From positions 50,359-114,358 of the IMG/VR virus record IMGVR_UViG_3300045988_166150: 64,000 bases of DNA, one strand, 5' to 3'. How positions within the stretch are numbered: the first letter of the stretch is position 1; each line of letters starts with the position of its first letter. Shown here one piece after another: positions 9,339 to 18,984 of this stretch. The DNA comes from a virus. Under the pieces are notes generated by a model that was given only the letters and a program-made list of their open reading frames with translations, did not search any database and was not told the DNA's origin. Made by a program: the position numbers and the translations under genes.

Positions 9339-12300
9339 CTATGTTTCTTCTCCTTGATAATCACCAAGGTTTTCTATTTTTAAATCAAATATGTTATTTT
9401 TCTTGCGAACCCAAATAAACACTTTATCTGTTTCTTTTGGAATATCTATATAGTTACTATGAACAAAATATGGCATTACGTTACCATTCCAACATTTTAG
9501 TGTCACATAAGCATTTTTAGTTTCTTGTTCGCTTTGACCACTAATATAACTGAAATTAATATTTGCCAGCATATTATTATTTGTAAACACATTTGAAGTT
9601 CCTTCATATGTTTTTATCCCATTAAGAGCAGAGACATTTTCTAAAGATAATGCTTCAACTATTGGATTATTTATTATATGAGAAAAAATTAAAGGATTTT
9701 CTTCTTTATATTTTGAATTTACCCAAGATTTAAAATCATCTAATGTTGTCCCTTGTGTAGTATAGTTAACAATAATCCTAAAAGGTCTTGCTGTACTACC
9801 CGACCTATCTGTATAAAAAGAAGGGATTTTCTTTTGAGCAAATCCGGCAAAATGAAAATAATTAGATAAAGCCAGACCAGTTTTTAAATTTGGTGCTAAA
9901 ACATTTGGTACGATAACAAACCTATCAATGTCTACCGTAACGTGACTCTTGCTATACCAAGCATTGTCTGATACACCACCATCAAGTTCTATTTCTTCTA
10001 TATATCTAATTACGCTTGGTTCATTTACATAAGGATAGTAAATCTCTGCCGTAGTGCCTTCATTAATCTGTAATTTATTACTTGTTATATCTGAGCTTGC
10101 AGCATTTACTTTTATCTGAACACAAGTATCTGGTACAGTAATTTTGCCACTTGATATATTTACACTAGAAATTAAATTTCCATATTCTGTTAAATAATTC
10201 AATTGATATTGAGTATTGCCAGATTGAGAAAAATAATAATCTTGCCCGCCTTTGACATTAGCAATTTGTGTTTGTGGATTTAATAAGTTAAGACTTTCTA
10301 AACATATTATATCTTTATAATTACCAATAGCTCTTAAAGGTTGGTCTAATGTTATTGTTGTTTGATTTGGTTTATATACTTCATACTCAGTAACTTGGTC
10401 ACCAGTTTCTATTTGTATGTTCCAAATTTGAACTTGGTTATTCTCAATCGTATCATTTAATGTAAATTCAAATAAGAAATCATATACATTACTTGGCGCA
10501 GCAAATGAACCATTATCTAATGTGATTTCTTCCACTCTATCTCCAGTTTCTTTATTTATTGTATATAACTTAGAAGATAATAATTCTCCATAACTATTAT
10601 AAGAAATAGCATAATTTTGACCTGGTTGTAAAATATTTGGAAAACCAATTGCAATATATGCGGTTTCATTTGTTCCAGCTAAATTTGCACTTATACCATT
10701 TTGAATATAACTTATCTCAGTGTTTTTATTTTCTACATAATATATTTTATCATAATCAAAAATATTCTTTTGAGTAGCTGTTGGATAAATATTGTATAAT
10801 CCATGTTTTTGATAATCATGTGCAACTCTGCCTTTTTCAAGCTGAACATTTGATATAGAGACATTTACATTTGCCGGAATTAAAGTTCTAACAAATTTTA
10901 CTGATAATGTTGAATTATTAGGTATATCTTCAGGAACCATAAAGCTTGTATTGCTTCTACCTGTTGATTGATTGTAATATAATACGGCGCCAGTTATATC
11001 TGTAATATTATTCCCATTTTTATAGCAAACCGTAAAATAAAGGTCTGTTGAAGCATTATTTATGGTATAATCAAATGACAAGTTATACACAAAATTTGGT
11101 TTTAATTTAAATATAGTATCAGTTACTTTAAAATAATCTTGAGTATAAGATATATCAAATAAACCTAAATCTTCTAATAAATTTCTTTGGTCGCCAGAAG
11201 AATAAATCGGACTTGGTACACTTGGTGAAGGAACTCTTAATGTAGAAGCTTTTAAAATTGGCAAATCTTCAGTTGCGTAAATGTTTGTGATATCGGCATA
11301 TGCTGGTTTTAATGTTGACTGAATTGTTTGCTGTTCTGCTGTTAAAGGTAAGGTTTCAGAAGTTGCAAGTTGAGCATAAACTATTAATGGATTATCTGTC
11401 AAGAATTGTTTAAAAGCATCTAGACTCTCACCTTCATCATATATGTATATTTTACTATCTATAATTGTAAACCCTTGTGTTGGCTTATAAGTTGTTCCTT
11501 TTTGAATTAAAGGAAACATATTGGAATATGCTATAGCTTCATTACTTGTGCTTGAATTTTTGAAAATTTTTCCTATAAAATTTGATAAAACAATAGAATA
11601 TCTAGGGCTTCCACTTTTTTGTGTAGGTTCTGCTACTAAAGGTGCAGTATTGTCAATGACAATTTTCTCCCAACCACTATGTTCTATATCACTTATATAA
11701 TCTCCTATTAACATAGGTTTTTGAACGGGCATAATGTAAGATTGCTCTTTATGGCGAGTATATTCTGTCAAATTATCGTATTCAGCCCACATTTGAAATT
11801 CAAATATATCTTTATTCAAATTTCCCCATAATGTTGTGCTTATTTCACAATCTTCTGTTGCTGTATAAGTTCTTTCATAAACTTGATTTAAGTTATAAAT
11901 TTCAATTTTGCCAAAAGAAGGAATTATACCTTGAACTTTATCTACATACCAAGTAAATGTAGTGTCTTGGCTTGGTTTAGAAAACAGCTTAAATCCAACT
12001 TTTATAGTTTGTCCTTTTTTTAATTTGAATTTCGTTAAATCCTTTCCACCACTTATTGCTGTATTTTTTATTCCTTTGTCTGTATATTCCCAATTCGTTC
12101 CCAAAGAAGAAATCGGCATAATATTTTTATTTTTTATGTTTATTTCTACCGAACCTTGGTTATATGGCGAATATTCCGTTCTTTTATTTCCTATCTCTAA
12201 TTTTATTTTCTCTCTTGCATAACTTGTTTCACCACTCTTAACACTATAACTTATTCTCATATATTTAGCATTATTTTTAACATCAAATGTATTACTAAAT

Positions 12301-15300
12301 GTTCTGTTTTGATATTTAATATAAGACAATATTTTTTTATCCTTATCATAAAATGCAATATTGCATTGAAAATAATCAGTTGTTGATTCCCATGATAAAG
12401 TATATATATTTGCTTTTACTTCTATAAAATCCGTAGTTCTCCACGAATCATTAGGATAAAGATTTCCTGATTCTAGTATAATTAACGTATTTGTTACTGA
12501 ATTTATATCAAAATAATTTACATTATCCCCAACAGCTTCAACTTCACTTGGTGCCTCTGGACTTGGCATTGCCCTTGTTATATTATAATCTACATTTAAA
12601 ATCGCAGGATAACTACTTTCATTTGTTATATTAGTTATATCTTGATATATTGTCATATTAGTCAATTGAGCCTGTGCTGTTTTTTGTGTATCTGTTAGAA
12701 CCAAATCTGTTGGAGTTGCAAGCTTATAATAAACTACAACCGGATTGCCTTCATCGTATTTTGATTTTAACCACGCTTTGAACACATCTACGTTAGAGAA
12801 GTCGTTTTTATAAACAGAAAATCTTAGATTTTTACCATTATTATAAACTGTTATAGAATTTGGTTGTACACTTGGTGAATATATAAAATAATTACTATAT
12901 CCATATCCATCTATCGCACCTAATATATCTAAAGCACAAACAAGTATGGTTTCTGTAGTTGCACCACTTAATGTTATTTTTTCCTCTCCAGTCAAAACCA
13001 ACTTCTTCCACTCATGATGTTCGACTCTTTTTATATAATCATTGGCTAACATTTCTTGTTGGATAGGAAGAATTATTTGTTGAATTTCTGGTTTTATCCA
13101 GTCAGTATTTGTTCTACCACTTTCTAACTGAACATACACAGTATAATCTATATTAATTCCACTACTTAGACTATCACAAAAAATACCAAAGGAAACTGCT
13201 TCTTTAGAAGTTGTAAATGAAACTCTCCATGTAGCAGTAGATATATAATGTGTAGAAAAAGTATCATCTCTGTAATAGAGTCTTAAAACAAATCTTCCAC
13301 GACTAATTGCATTTTGTGAAAAAGTATAAGTGCCGATAGGCAAACATATATTAGTTTTTTTTGTCACTCCAAAAAAGCTAGAAGTTGTTGTACCTTTACA
13401 TAAAAGTTTTTCACCATCATATGTCGTAGTAATACCATTTTTTGTTACAGAACTTTGGACAATATTAGCTAAATAATTTTTGTTTTGTACATTTACTTGC
13501 ACAGAACCATAGTTATATGGAGAATATGGCGTTGCCAATGTGCCTTTTTCTAACTTTGGTTTTATTATCTCAATATCAATTGGACTAATATTTGATATAT
13601 TATCTATTTTTCTTATAAGAACTCGTATTTTCTTAGTATCGGTTGGTAAATTTATTTTCAAATACTTTGCCCCATTTATCGCATTATTAGAACTATAATA
13701 TTGTCCTATATATGTTTTATCTTCTTTATATAAAATTATATTCAAAAAACAATATTGTGTATTTTGAATAGAAACATAATAATCTTCATTATCTATTATA
13801 TCTATAAAGTCTTTGGTTCTAATTCTAGTTGTAGAGCTTGTATCTACTCCATTCGAAATCGTTCCTTGTTCCCAATCACTTGAATTTGTAGGAATTATAT
13901 TTATATTACTTCCAACAGTTTGTATTTCTGAAGGGTAATCTGGAGAAGGGCTTGCTCCGTATTGTTCAAATGGTTTATTTTCTGTACCTTTAATTAACAT
14001 AGGATAAAAGGTTAAATTATTAACTGTTACACCAGCACTAATTGCCAACCAAATTACTTTTCCTGTCACATCTGCATTTATAGTTGATGTTACTCCTTCT
14101 CCTATATCAAAAGTTATATTAGCTATATTCATACCTAACCTATAAGTAGTCTTACTTCCACCTTTAGGACATCCTGTCAATTTATATGTTCCAGCTTCAA
14201 AGCTAAAAGAATGACTCCCTTCTTTATTTAAAAAATTAATACTTGCATCTGCAGTTGCAGTTCCATTAGCTGTTACAGAACCATCTTCATTTGTTGTAAA
14301 TGTTATACCATTCTCTGTTTTTGAAGCTGGGGGTATTAACAAATTATATCCCTCTCTAGTTTTTTGATAATTGTTACCATTTACTACTATATCAGCAGGT
14401 TTGCTACTATCAACTCCAGTCAAGTATACTTCTGTACCACTTGCACTTTGTTTGCTACCTTCTTGAGTTTTTTGATATTGATTTCCTTGCACTTGTATAT
14501 CTAAATACATGTCTCTAGTTGTTTCAGCTTTTATGTAATTTCCAGTTCCTAAATCTACGGGCGCTTTTGATATTTGTTCGCTATTGCCCATGATTTCTAA
14601 ATCTTCAATGTCTGTTTTAAACCCATTCTTAATTGCAACATTTTTGCCAGAAACAGAAGTGTAAGAAGGTAACGTTTCAATAACATCTGCTATCATCCAT
14701 TTCATTTCTATTTTATTAGGATTATCTGGTGTGTTTTCTTTGTTAGCCAGGCTGATTATTCTTTCATAATCATTAAAATCTCTGCCCCAAACTCTCATTG
14801 TAAAATCGTTATTAATATTAAATCCTTCGTCCCACTTAACCCAACTATCTTTATCTCTCAAATCTACTTCTTTGTCATCTATATAAATAGGTGGTTCGGG
14901 ATTACTTTTTCCATCAATCGCAACTATATTAGAAGATATTTGTATATATCCATTTTCACAGTCATTTATTAAATCTACTATTGCGAAAGTTGCTGGCTGT
15001 GTATATCTAACAGTAAAATACATTAATCCACTTGTTATTTCAGTATTATTTACTGTTTGTCCTTTTAATTCAACATAATATGAAGTGTCATTGTCCATCC
15101 CCACAAATGTATAAGCTAAAGAACTATTTGATTGATAATATATTATATCACTTCTGTCTAATATATTTTTATTGCTGTCATATAATATAAATTGATAACT
15201 ATTTAATTGTTCGCCTTCTGATTGTAAATAGTTACCTTGGAACGCATAGGTTCCATTACCAATAGTCTCTGTTGCCGGTATATTTGTTATCGTTAAGGTT

Positions 15301-15611
15301 GGCTGACTATAACAATAAAATGGCACTGGTGTACTTGGGTTACTTTGGTTATTCGCATTATCTATAGTATAAATAACTACATTGTAATAATTGTTATTTG
15401 ATAATGTATTGGCTGGGATTGTTACCGCCAATTTCATAGTTGCCGTTATCTTTTCATAAACAACATTCCCTGTTTGGTTATTTGTTATTACAACTCTATT
15501 CCCTGTTACTTGTGCACCACCAATAACTATAAAAGTTATCTCGTGCTCTTTTGTGCTATCAAAAGCTGCAATTGGGTTAACTATTGGTTGTGTTAATTGT
15601 TGTATCGCCAT
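9339..15611 (-). CDS. giant tail-tip / host-recognition structural protein (2090 aa)
   Basis: Uninterrupted 6.3 kb ORF. Tandemly duplicated modules, e.g. ATPYSPYNYGSVQVNVQNKNY / TEYSPYNQGSVEINIKNKNI and PIQQEMLANDYIKRVEHHEWKK / PVQKPMLIGDYISDIEHSGWEK. Confidence 0.7.
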   Translation of the reverse strand: MAIQQLTQPIVNPIAAFDSTKEHEITFIVIGGAQVTGNRVVITNNQTGNVVYEKITATMKLAVTIPANTLSNNNYYNVVIYTIDNANNQSNPSTPVPFYCYSQPTLTITNIPATETIGNGTYAFQGNYLQSEGEQLNSYQFILYDSNKNILDRSDIIYYQSNSSLAYTFVGMDNDTSYYVELKGQTVNNTEITSGLMYFTVRYTQPATFAIVDLINDCENGYIQISSNIVAIDGKSNPEPPIYIDDKEVDLRDKDSWVKWDEGFNINNDFTMRVWGRDFNDYERIISLANKENTPDNPNKIEMKWMIADVIETLPSYTSVSGKNVAIKNGFKTDIEDLEIMGNSEQISKAPVDLGTGNYIKAETTRDMYLDIQVQGNQYQKTQEGSKQSASGTEVYLTGVDSSKPADIVVNGNNYQKTREGYNLLIPPASKTENGITFTTNEDGSVTANGTATADASINFLNKEGSHSFSFEAGTYKLTGCPKGGSKTTYRLGMNIANITFDIGEGVTSTINADVTGKVIWLAISAGVTVNNLTFYPMLIKGTENKPFEQYGASPSPDYPSEIQTVGSNINIIPTNSSDWEQGTISNGVDTSSTTRIRTKDFIDIIDNEDYYVSIQNTQYCFLNIILYKEDKTYIGQYYSSNNAINGAKYLKINLPTDTKKIRVLIRKIDNISNISPIDIEIIKPKLEKGTLATPYSPYNYGSVQVNVQNKNYLANIVQSSVTKNGITTTYDGEKLLCKGTTTSSFFGVTKKTNICLPIGTYTFSQNAISRGRFVLRLYYRDDTFSTHYISTATWRVSFTTSKEAVSFGIFCDSLSSGINIDYTVYVQLESGRTNTDWIKPEIQQIILPIQQEMLANDYIKRVEHHEWKKLVLTGEEKITLSGATTETILVCALDILGAIDGYGYSNYFIYSPSVQPNSITVYNNGKNLRFSVYKNDFSNVDVFKAWLKSKYDEGNPVVVYYKLATPTDLVLTDTQKTAQAQLTNMTIYQDITNITNESSYPAILNVDYNITRAMPSPEAPSEVEAVGDNVNYFDINSVTNTLIILESGNLYPNDSWRTTDFIEVKANIYTLSWESTTDYFQCNIAFYDKDKKILSYIKYQNRTFSNTFDVKNNAKYMRISYSVKSGETSYAREKIKLEIGNKRTEYSPYNQGSVEINIKNKNIMPISSLGTNWEYTDKGIKNTAISGGKDLTKFKLKKGQTIKVGFKLFSKPSQDTTFTWYVDKVQGIIPSFGKIEIYNLNQVYERTYTATEDCEISTTLWGNLNKDIFEFQMWAEYDNLTEYTRHKEQSYIMPVQKPMLIGDYISDIEHSGWEKIVIDNTAPLVAEPTQKSGSPRYSIVLSNFIGKIFKNSSTSNEAIAYSNMFPLIQKGTTYKPTQGFTIIDSKIYIYDEGESLDAFKQFLTDNPLIVYAQLATSETLPLTAEQQTIQSTLKPAYADITNIYATEDLPILKASTLRVPSPSVPSPIYSSGDQRNLLEDLGLFDISYTQDYFKVTDTIFKLKPNFVYNLSFDYTINNASTDLYFTVCYKNGNNITDITGAVLYYNQSTGRSNTSFMVPEDIPNNSTLSVKFVRTLIPANVNVSISNVQLEKGRVAHDYQKHGLYNIYPTATQKNIFDYDKIYYVENKNTEISYIQNGISANLAGTNETAYIAIGFPNILQPGQNYAISYNSYGELLSSKLYTINKETGDRVEEITLDNGSFAAPSNVYDFLFEFTLNDTIENNQVQIWNIQIETGDQVTEYEVYKPNQTTITLDQPLRAIGNYKDIICLESLNLLNPQTQIANVKGGQDYYFSQSGNTQYQLNYLTEYGNLISSVNISSGKITVPDTCVQIKVNAASSDITSNKLQINEGTTAEIYYPYVNEPSVIRYIEEIELDGGVSDNAWYSKSHVTVDIDRFVIVPNVLAPNLKTGLALSNYFHFAGFAQKKIPSFYTDRSGSTARPFRIIVNYTTQGTTLDDFKSWVNSKYKEENPLIFSHIINNPIVEALSLENVSALNGIKTYEGTSNVFTNNNMLANINFSYISGQSEQETKNAYVTLKCWNGNVMPYFVHSNYIDIPKETDKVFIWVRKKNNIFDLKIENLGDYQGEET

Positions 15612-15635
15612 TTACTTCTCTCCTTTCTAATAGAT

Positions 15636-15932
15636 TTATATATTTTTTGCTTTTTTAAACATTTCTGTTTGTTTTAAATAATCATAAATATCTTCTATTG
15701 TATCACTCTCATTGTATTCTTTTGATATATATGTTGTATTTATAAAAACATTCATTTTTTTATCTATGTCTGTACTTTTATAATACTCTGCTTCTTCCTT
15801 TCTTTTGTTTTCAGACACATAAGAAGCAATTTCTATTATTGTAGAATGATTTGTGATTTTATTTATACTAACTACCCTATGATAATTTACTACAATTCCA
15901 TTATCTAATTCTATTGATTTACTTAACGCCAT
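15636..15932 (-). CDS. hypothetical protein (98 aa)
   Basis: ORF between two large tail genes. Confidence 0.55.
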   Translation of the reverse strand: MALSKSIELDNGIVVNYHRVVSINKITNHSTIIEIASYVSENKRKEEAEYYKSTDIDKKMNVFINTTYISKEYNESDTIEDIYDYLKQTEMFKKAKNI

Positions 15933-15941
15933 ATTTATCTC

Positions 15942-18347
15942 CTATCTATATCCAACTACTCTATATATTAATATTGAATTATCAGTACCTGTTCCACCAA
16001 GTAAAGAACCATCTGTTCCAAAATTTATATTGCCTACATACGCTTTTGATATACTGTAATTATTTATTAAGACATCGGCTGAAATAAGCTGTTGAACATC
16101 TGTATCACTACTTCTCTCAAAAAGTGTTAAGTTACATTTTTTTCCATCGGGTAATAAAACAATTGCACTATTATAGCTATTATTTTTCCCAAAAAATATC
16201 TCAATATAGACAAAATTAGAAGCATGAATGGGTATTGTTATTGTTCCTGTAGTTCCACTAGTATTATCATATAACACCATTTGTTTTCTCCATATCATTC
16301 CCCAGTCATTCCAATTTCCTTCGATTTTTGCCCTAACCCATTTTCGCATGCCATTATATGCTGTAAACTCTTGAAGTATATAATTATGTTCAAAAACATG
16401 TGTAAAAAGATACCCATTGGCACCATTGGGAGTTTTCGCAGAATTGCTAGTATATCTAAATTCTGTCTCAGATATATTATCTATATCACTATCGCTTACA
16501 TAAATTCGTGTAACTTTATTTATATCTAAATTTCTACCTTGGTTTGCAGATAAGGCATTATCAATAGAACTACTTGTTAAATTGTCTTCTACGATAACTT
16601 TTGTCGCCCCATTAGCAATCCCGTCTAGCTTATTTTTCAATGCAGTAGTAAAATTATTGTCGGTATGTACATAGTTACTATCCGCTACAAAATTGCTATC
16701 GTTAGTTAAATCAGAAGTCTTTGTGGGTACTGTTATATCAACTGTTTTATTAAATATTGGTAATGCTGTTCCATTTTTTTGTATAGTTGTAATCATGTTA
16801 TCTTCAATATTGATTATATCTTGTTGTATATCTCCAATATTAGTATCTAGCGCAGTAATTTTGCCATTTAACACTCTACCTTGGTTAGCAGATAAAGCAT
16901 CTATTGCTGAAGTACTTGTCAAATTATCAACAACCGTTATTCCAATTCCACCAATAGCGCTCAATGTTCCATCTTCAGTTATAATTAAATTGTTTCCAAT
17001 TTTAATCCCACCTAAAGTAGTTTTACTAGCGATAGGGATTTGTGTCAAAAATTTATTTGTTCCATTTTCCCCATCATTGATAATTTCCGAAGTTTTAGTT
17101 GGGACTGTTATATTAACCGTTTTGTTTACTATGGATAAATCAGTGCCATTTTTTTGAATTTTTTCAATTACATTAACTTGTGCACCACTAGCAATTCCAT
17201 CTAATTTTGTCTTGTCTCCACTAGACATAAGACCATTTTCTGTTGTTGTAGCTACACCATAAGTTGTATCAGTATATTCCATTTTTACCCAATTGCTCCA
17301 CGCAGAACCATTGAATTGTCTTATATATTTTATATTAGGGCTTTGATTTCCGCCAGTTAGTTCTTGTGTGTAATAACCACTAGCAGTTCTATATACCAAC
17401 ACCCCAAAAGCATCTATTCCACTTGGTTTATTCGTAACGCTATTACTTCCACCAGCATAATAAAAACCAGGAGTTTTTATATCATTTAAGTTTTGATTTG
17501 TTAATTGATTTGCAGTAGGATTTGCTGTAATATTAATATCTTTCGTTCCATCAAAATCTACATTATTAATTTTTCTTGCATTTTGTAATTTAGTCGCAGT
17601 TCCTGCATTTCCACTCACGCTTGTTTGTTCAGGATGAACATGGTCTCCTCTTGCATATCCACTTTCAGCTCCAGTTGAAGCAATCCCAGCAACTTTAGGC
17701 AATGTTGTACTAGGAGCATTAGCAGTGGCTTTCTCAGCAATTCCATCTAGCTTTGTTTTTAATGTAGTTGTAAAATTATTATCTGTGTGGACATAATTAC
17801 TATCATAGACAATATCACTTGGCAAATTGCTTTTCACCACTATTTTTTCTTCATTTAAAGTTGCTACACCATTTGCAGCCCCTTTTTGCGAATTTGGAAT
17901 AAAATCCAAACTTGGCAAATTTCTCAAATCAGTATAATTGCCAGTCTTTGATATTTTATGTAAATTAATAATCCCTTTGATTGTTTCGGCATTATTTGTA
18001 TTTTGCCCTGTTACATTGTTTGTATTCAATATAGGCTTATTAACTAAATCATTATAGTTCGAAGTTCCACCAGAACCGCCACTATTTGGCAAAGTTTCTA
18101 TGTATATATCTGAAAAATTATTTAAAGGAGCTTTAACTTTTACAATATCTCCTACATTTAAATCTCCACTATAATTTACTTTATATTCTGTTCCATTAAT
18201 TTGTACTCTATAAAGTCCAGCTTCAATTTTTTCTATAATTTTTGCTCTATAAGTTCTATCATATCTTAACTTGTCTAATTGGGGTTCAATCATATTCTGT
18301 ATTGCTTGTATTATATAATTTAACCCTTCTTTTATACTAGTTGCCAT
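15942..18347 (-). CDS. tail fibre / tail-tip protein (801 aa) with an internal duplication
   Basis: Duplicated blocks SNYVHTDNNFTT.LK.KLDGIA, IQKNGT.L.I.NKTV.ITVPTKTS and DNLTS.S.ID.ALSANQGR; lies directly downstream of the tape measure gene. Confidence 0.6.
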   Translation of the reverse strand: MATSIKEGLNYIIQAIQNMIEPQLDKLRYDRTYRAKIIEKIEAGLYRVQINGTEYKVNYSGDLNVGDIVKVKAPLNNFSDIYIETLPNSGGSGGTSNYNDLVNKPILNTNNVTGQNTNNAETIKGIINLHKISKTGNYTDLRNLPSLDFIPNSQKGAANGVATLNEEKIVVKSNLPSDIVYDSNYVHTDNNFTTTLKTKLDGIAEKATANAPSTTLPKVAGIASTGAESGYARGDHVHPEQTSVSGNAGTATKLQNARKINNVDFDGTKDINITANPTANQLTNQNLNDIKTPGFYYAGGSNSVTNKPSGIDAFGVLVYRTASGYYTQELTGGNQSPNIKYIRQFNGSAWSNWVKMEYTDTTYGVATTTENGLMSSGDKTKLDGIASGAQVNVIEKIQKNGTDLSIVNKTVNITVPTKTSEIINDGENGTNKFLTQIPIASKTTLGGIKIGNNLIITEDGTLSAIGGIGITVVDNLTSTSAIDALSANQGRVLNGKITALDTNIGDIQQDIINIEDNMITTIQKNGTALPIFNKTVDITVPTKTSDLTNDSNFVADSNYVHTDNNFTTALKNKLDGIANGATKVIVEDNLTSSSIDNALSANQGRNLDINKVTRIYVSDSDIDNISETEFRYTSNSAKTPNGANGYLFTHVFEHNYILQEFTAYNGMRKWVRAKIEGNWNDWGMIWRKQMVLYDNTSGTTGTITIPIHASNFVYIEIFFGKNNSYNSAIVLLPDGKKCNLTLFERSSDTDVQQLISADVLINNYSISKAYVGNINFGTDGSLLGGTGTDNSILIYRVVGYR

Positions 18348-18368
18348 AAATTAAAACTCCTTTCTTTT

Positions 18369-18983
18369 TTATTTTCTTTGACTCGATTGTGTTGTCGCCA
18401 ATCTTGGTAAATCTTTTAATGCTTCTACAAATTCATTTGCATTTGATACATTTGGTAGTTCTATGTTGCTTATATAGATAGTTTGACCACCCGTTGTTAA
18501 TCCAAGTTTATCATATGAACTATTTGTTGACACTGGTACAATAGTGCTTTGTGGGTTCATGCTAGACATTGCTTGTGATATTTTGTCTTGTGTTGCAGAG
18601 CTATAGATTAAGCTATTGCCAGATAAAGTATCAGTTGTCTGTTTTGTTTGTGCCAAAGCTTGTTGATATTTTTCCCACCAATCTGTAGCAATCTTTAAGT
18701 TTTCTGCACTATCTAAGCCATACTCTTTCATTTTGTTTATTAAATCATCAAAAGATTGAATTGCCTCACGATTAGATTTATCTATTAAATAATTTTGCTC
18801 ATCTAAAAAGTTTTGTAGTTTATCTATTTGGTCTTGATAACTATTTTCAATGTTCTCTTTTTGCTCTTTAAGTCTATCTAATTCGTCATTCTTAACCTGT
18901 TCATTTAAAGCATCTTGCGCATCTTTAAGTTCATCTTCGGCGTCTTTTATTGCACTTGGGTCACTTACCCATGTCCATCCACC
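18369..18983 (-). CDS. tape measure protein, segment 4 (C-terminal, read after a +1 shift)
   Basis: This frame is open from 19031. Starting at GGT 18981-18983 it reads GGWTWVSDPSAIKDAEDEL.., continuing the coiled-coil TMP sequence. Confidence 0.7.
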   Translation of the reverse strand, partial: GGWTWVSDPSAIKDAEDELKDAQDALNEQVKNDELDRLKEQKENIENSYQDQIDKLQNFLDEQNYLIDKSNREAIQSFDDLINKMKEYGLDSAENLKIATDWWEKYQQALAQTKQTTDTLSGNSLIYSSATQDKISQAMSSMNPQSTIVPVSTNSSYDKLGLTTGGQTIYISNIELPNVSNANEFVEALKDLPRLATTQSSQRK

Positions 18984-18984
18984 G
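18982..18984 (-). other. in-frame CGG at an ORF junction (candidate +1 recoding site 6)
   Basis: GCT CGG TGG .. TGA in the 0 frame. Skipping C (18984) gives GCT GGT GGA TGG (..YSEEA|GGWTW..). Confidence 0.6.

Noticed and set aside
16693-17157. Long + strand ORFs in the track (also 2584..2781, 11962..12222, 19898..20197, 21560..21934, 22402..22884, 27458..27769, 37701..38081, 38244..38558 and others)
   Set aside because: They lie antisense inside long, motif-bearing - strand genes, have no RBS, and have low-complexity Ser/Leu/Phe-rich translations typical of shadow ORFs in AT-rich DNA.
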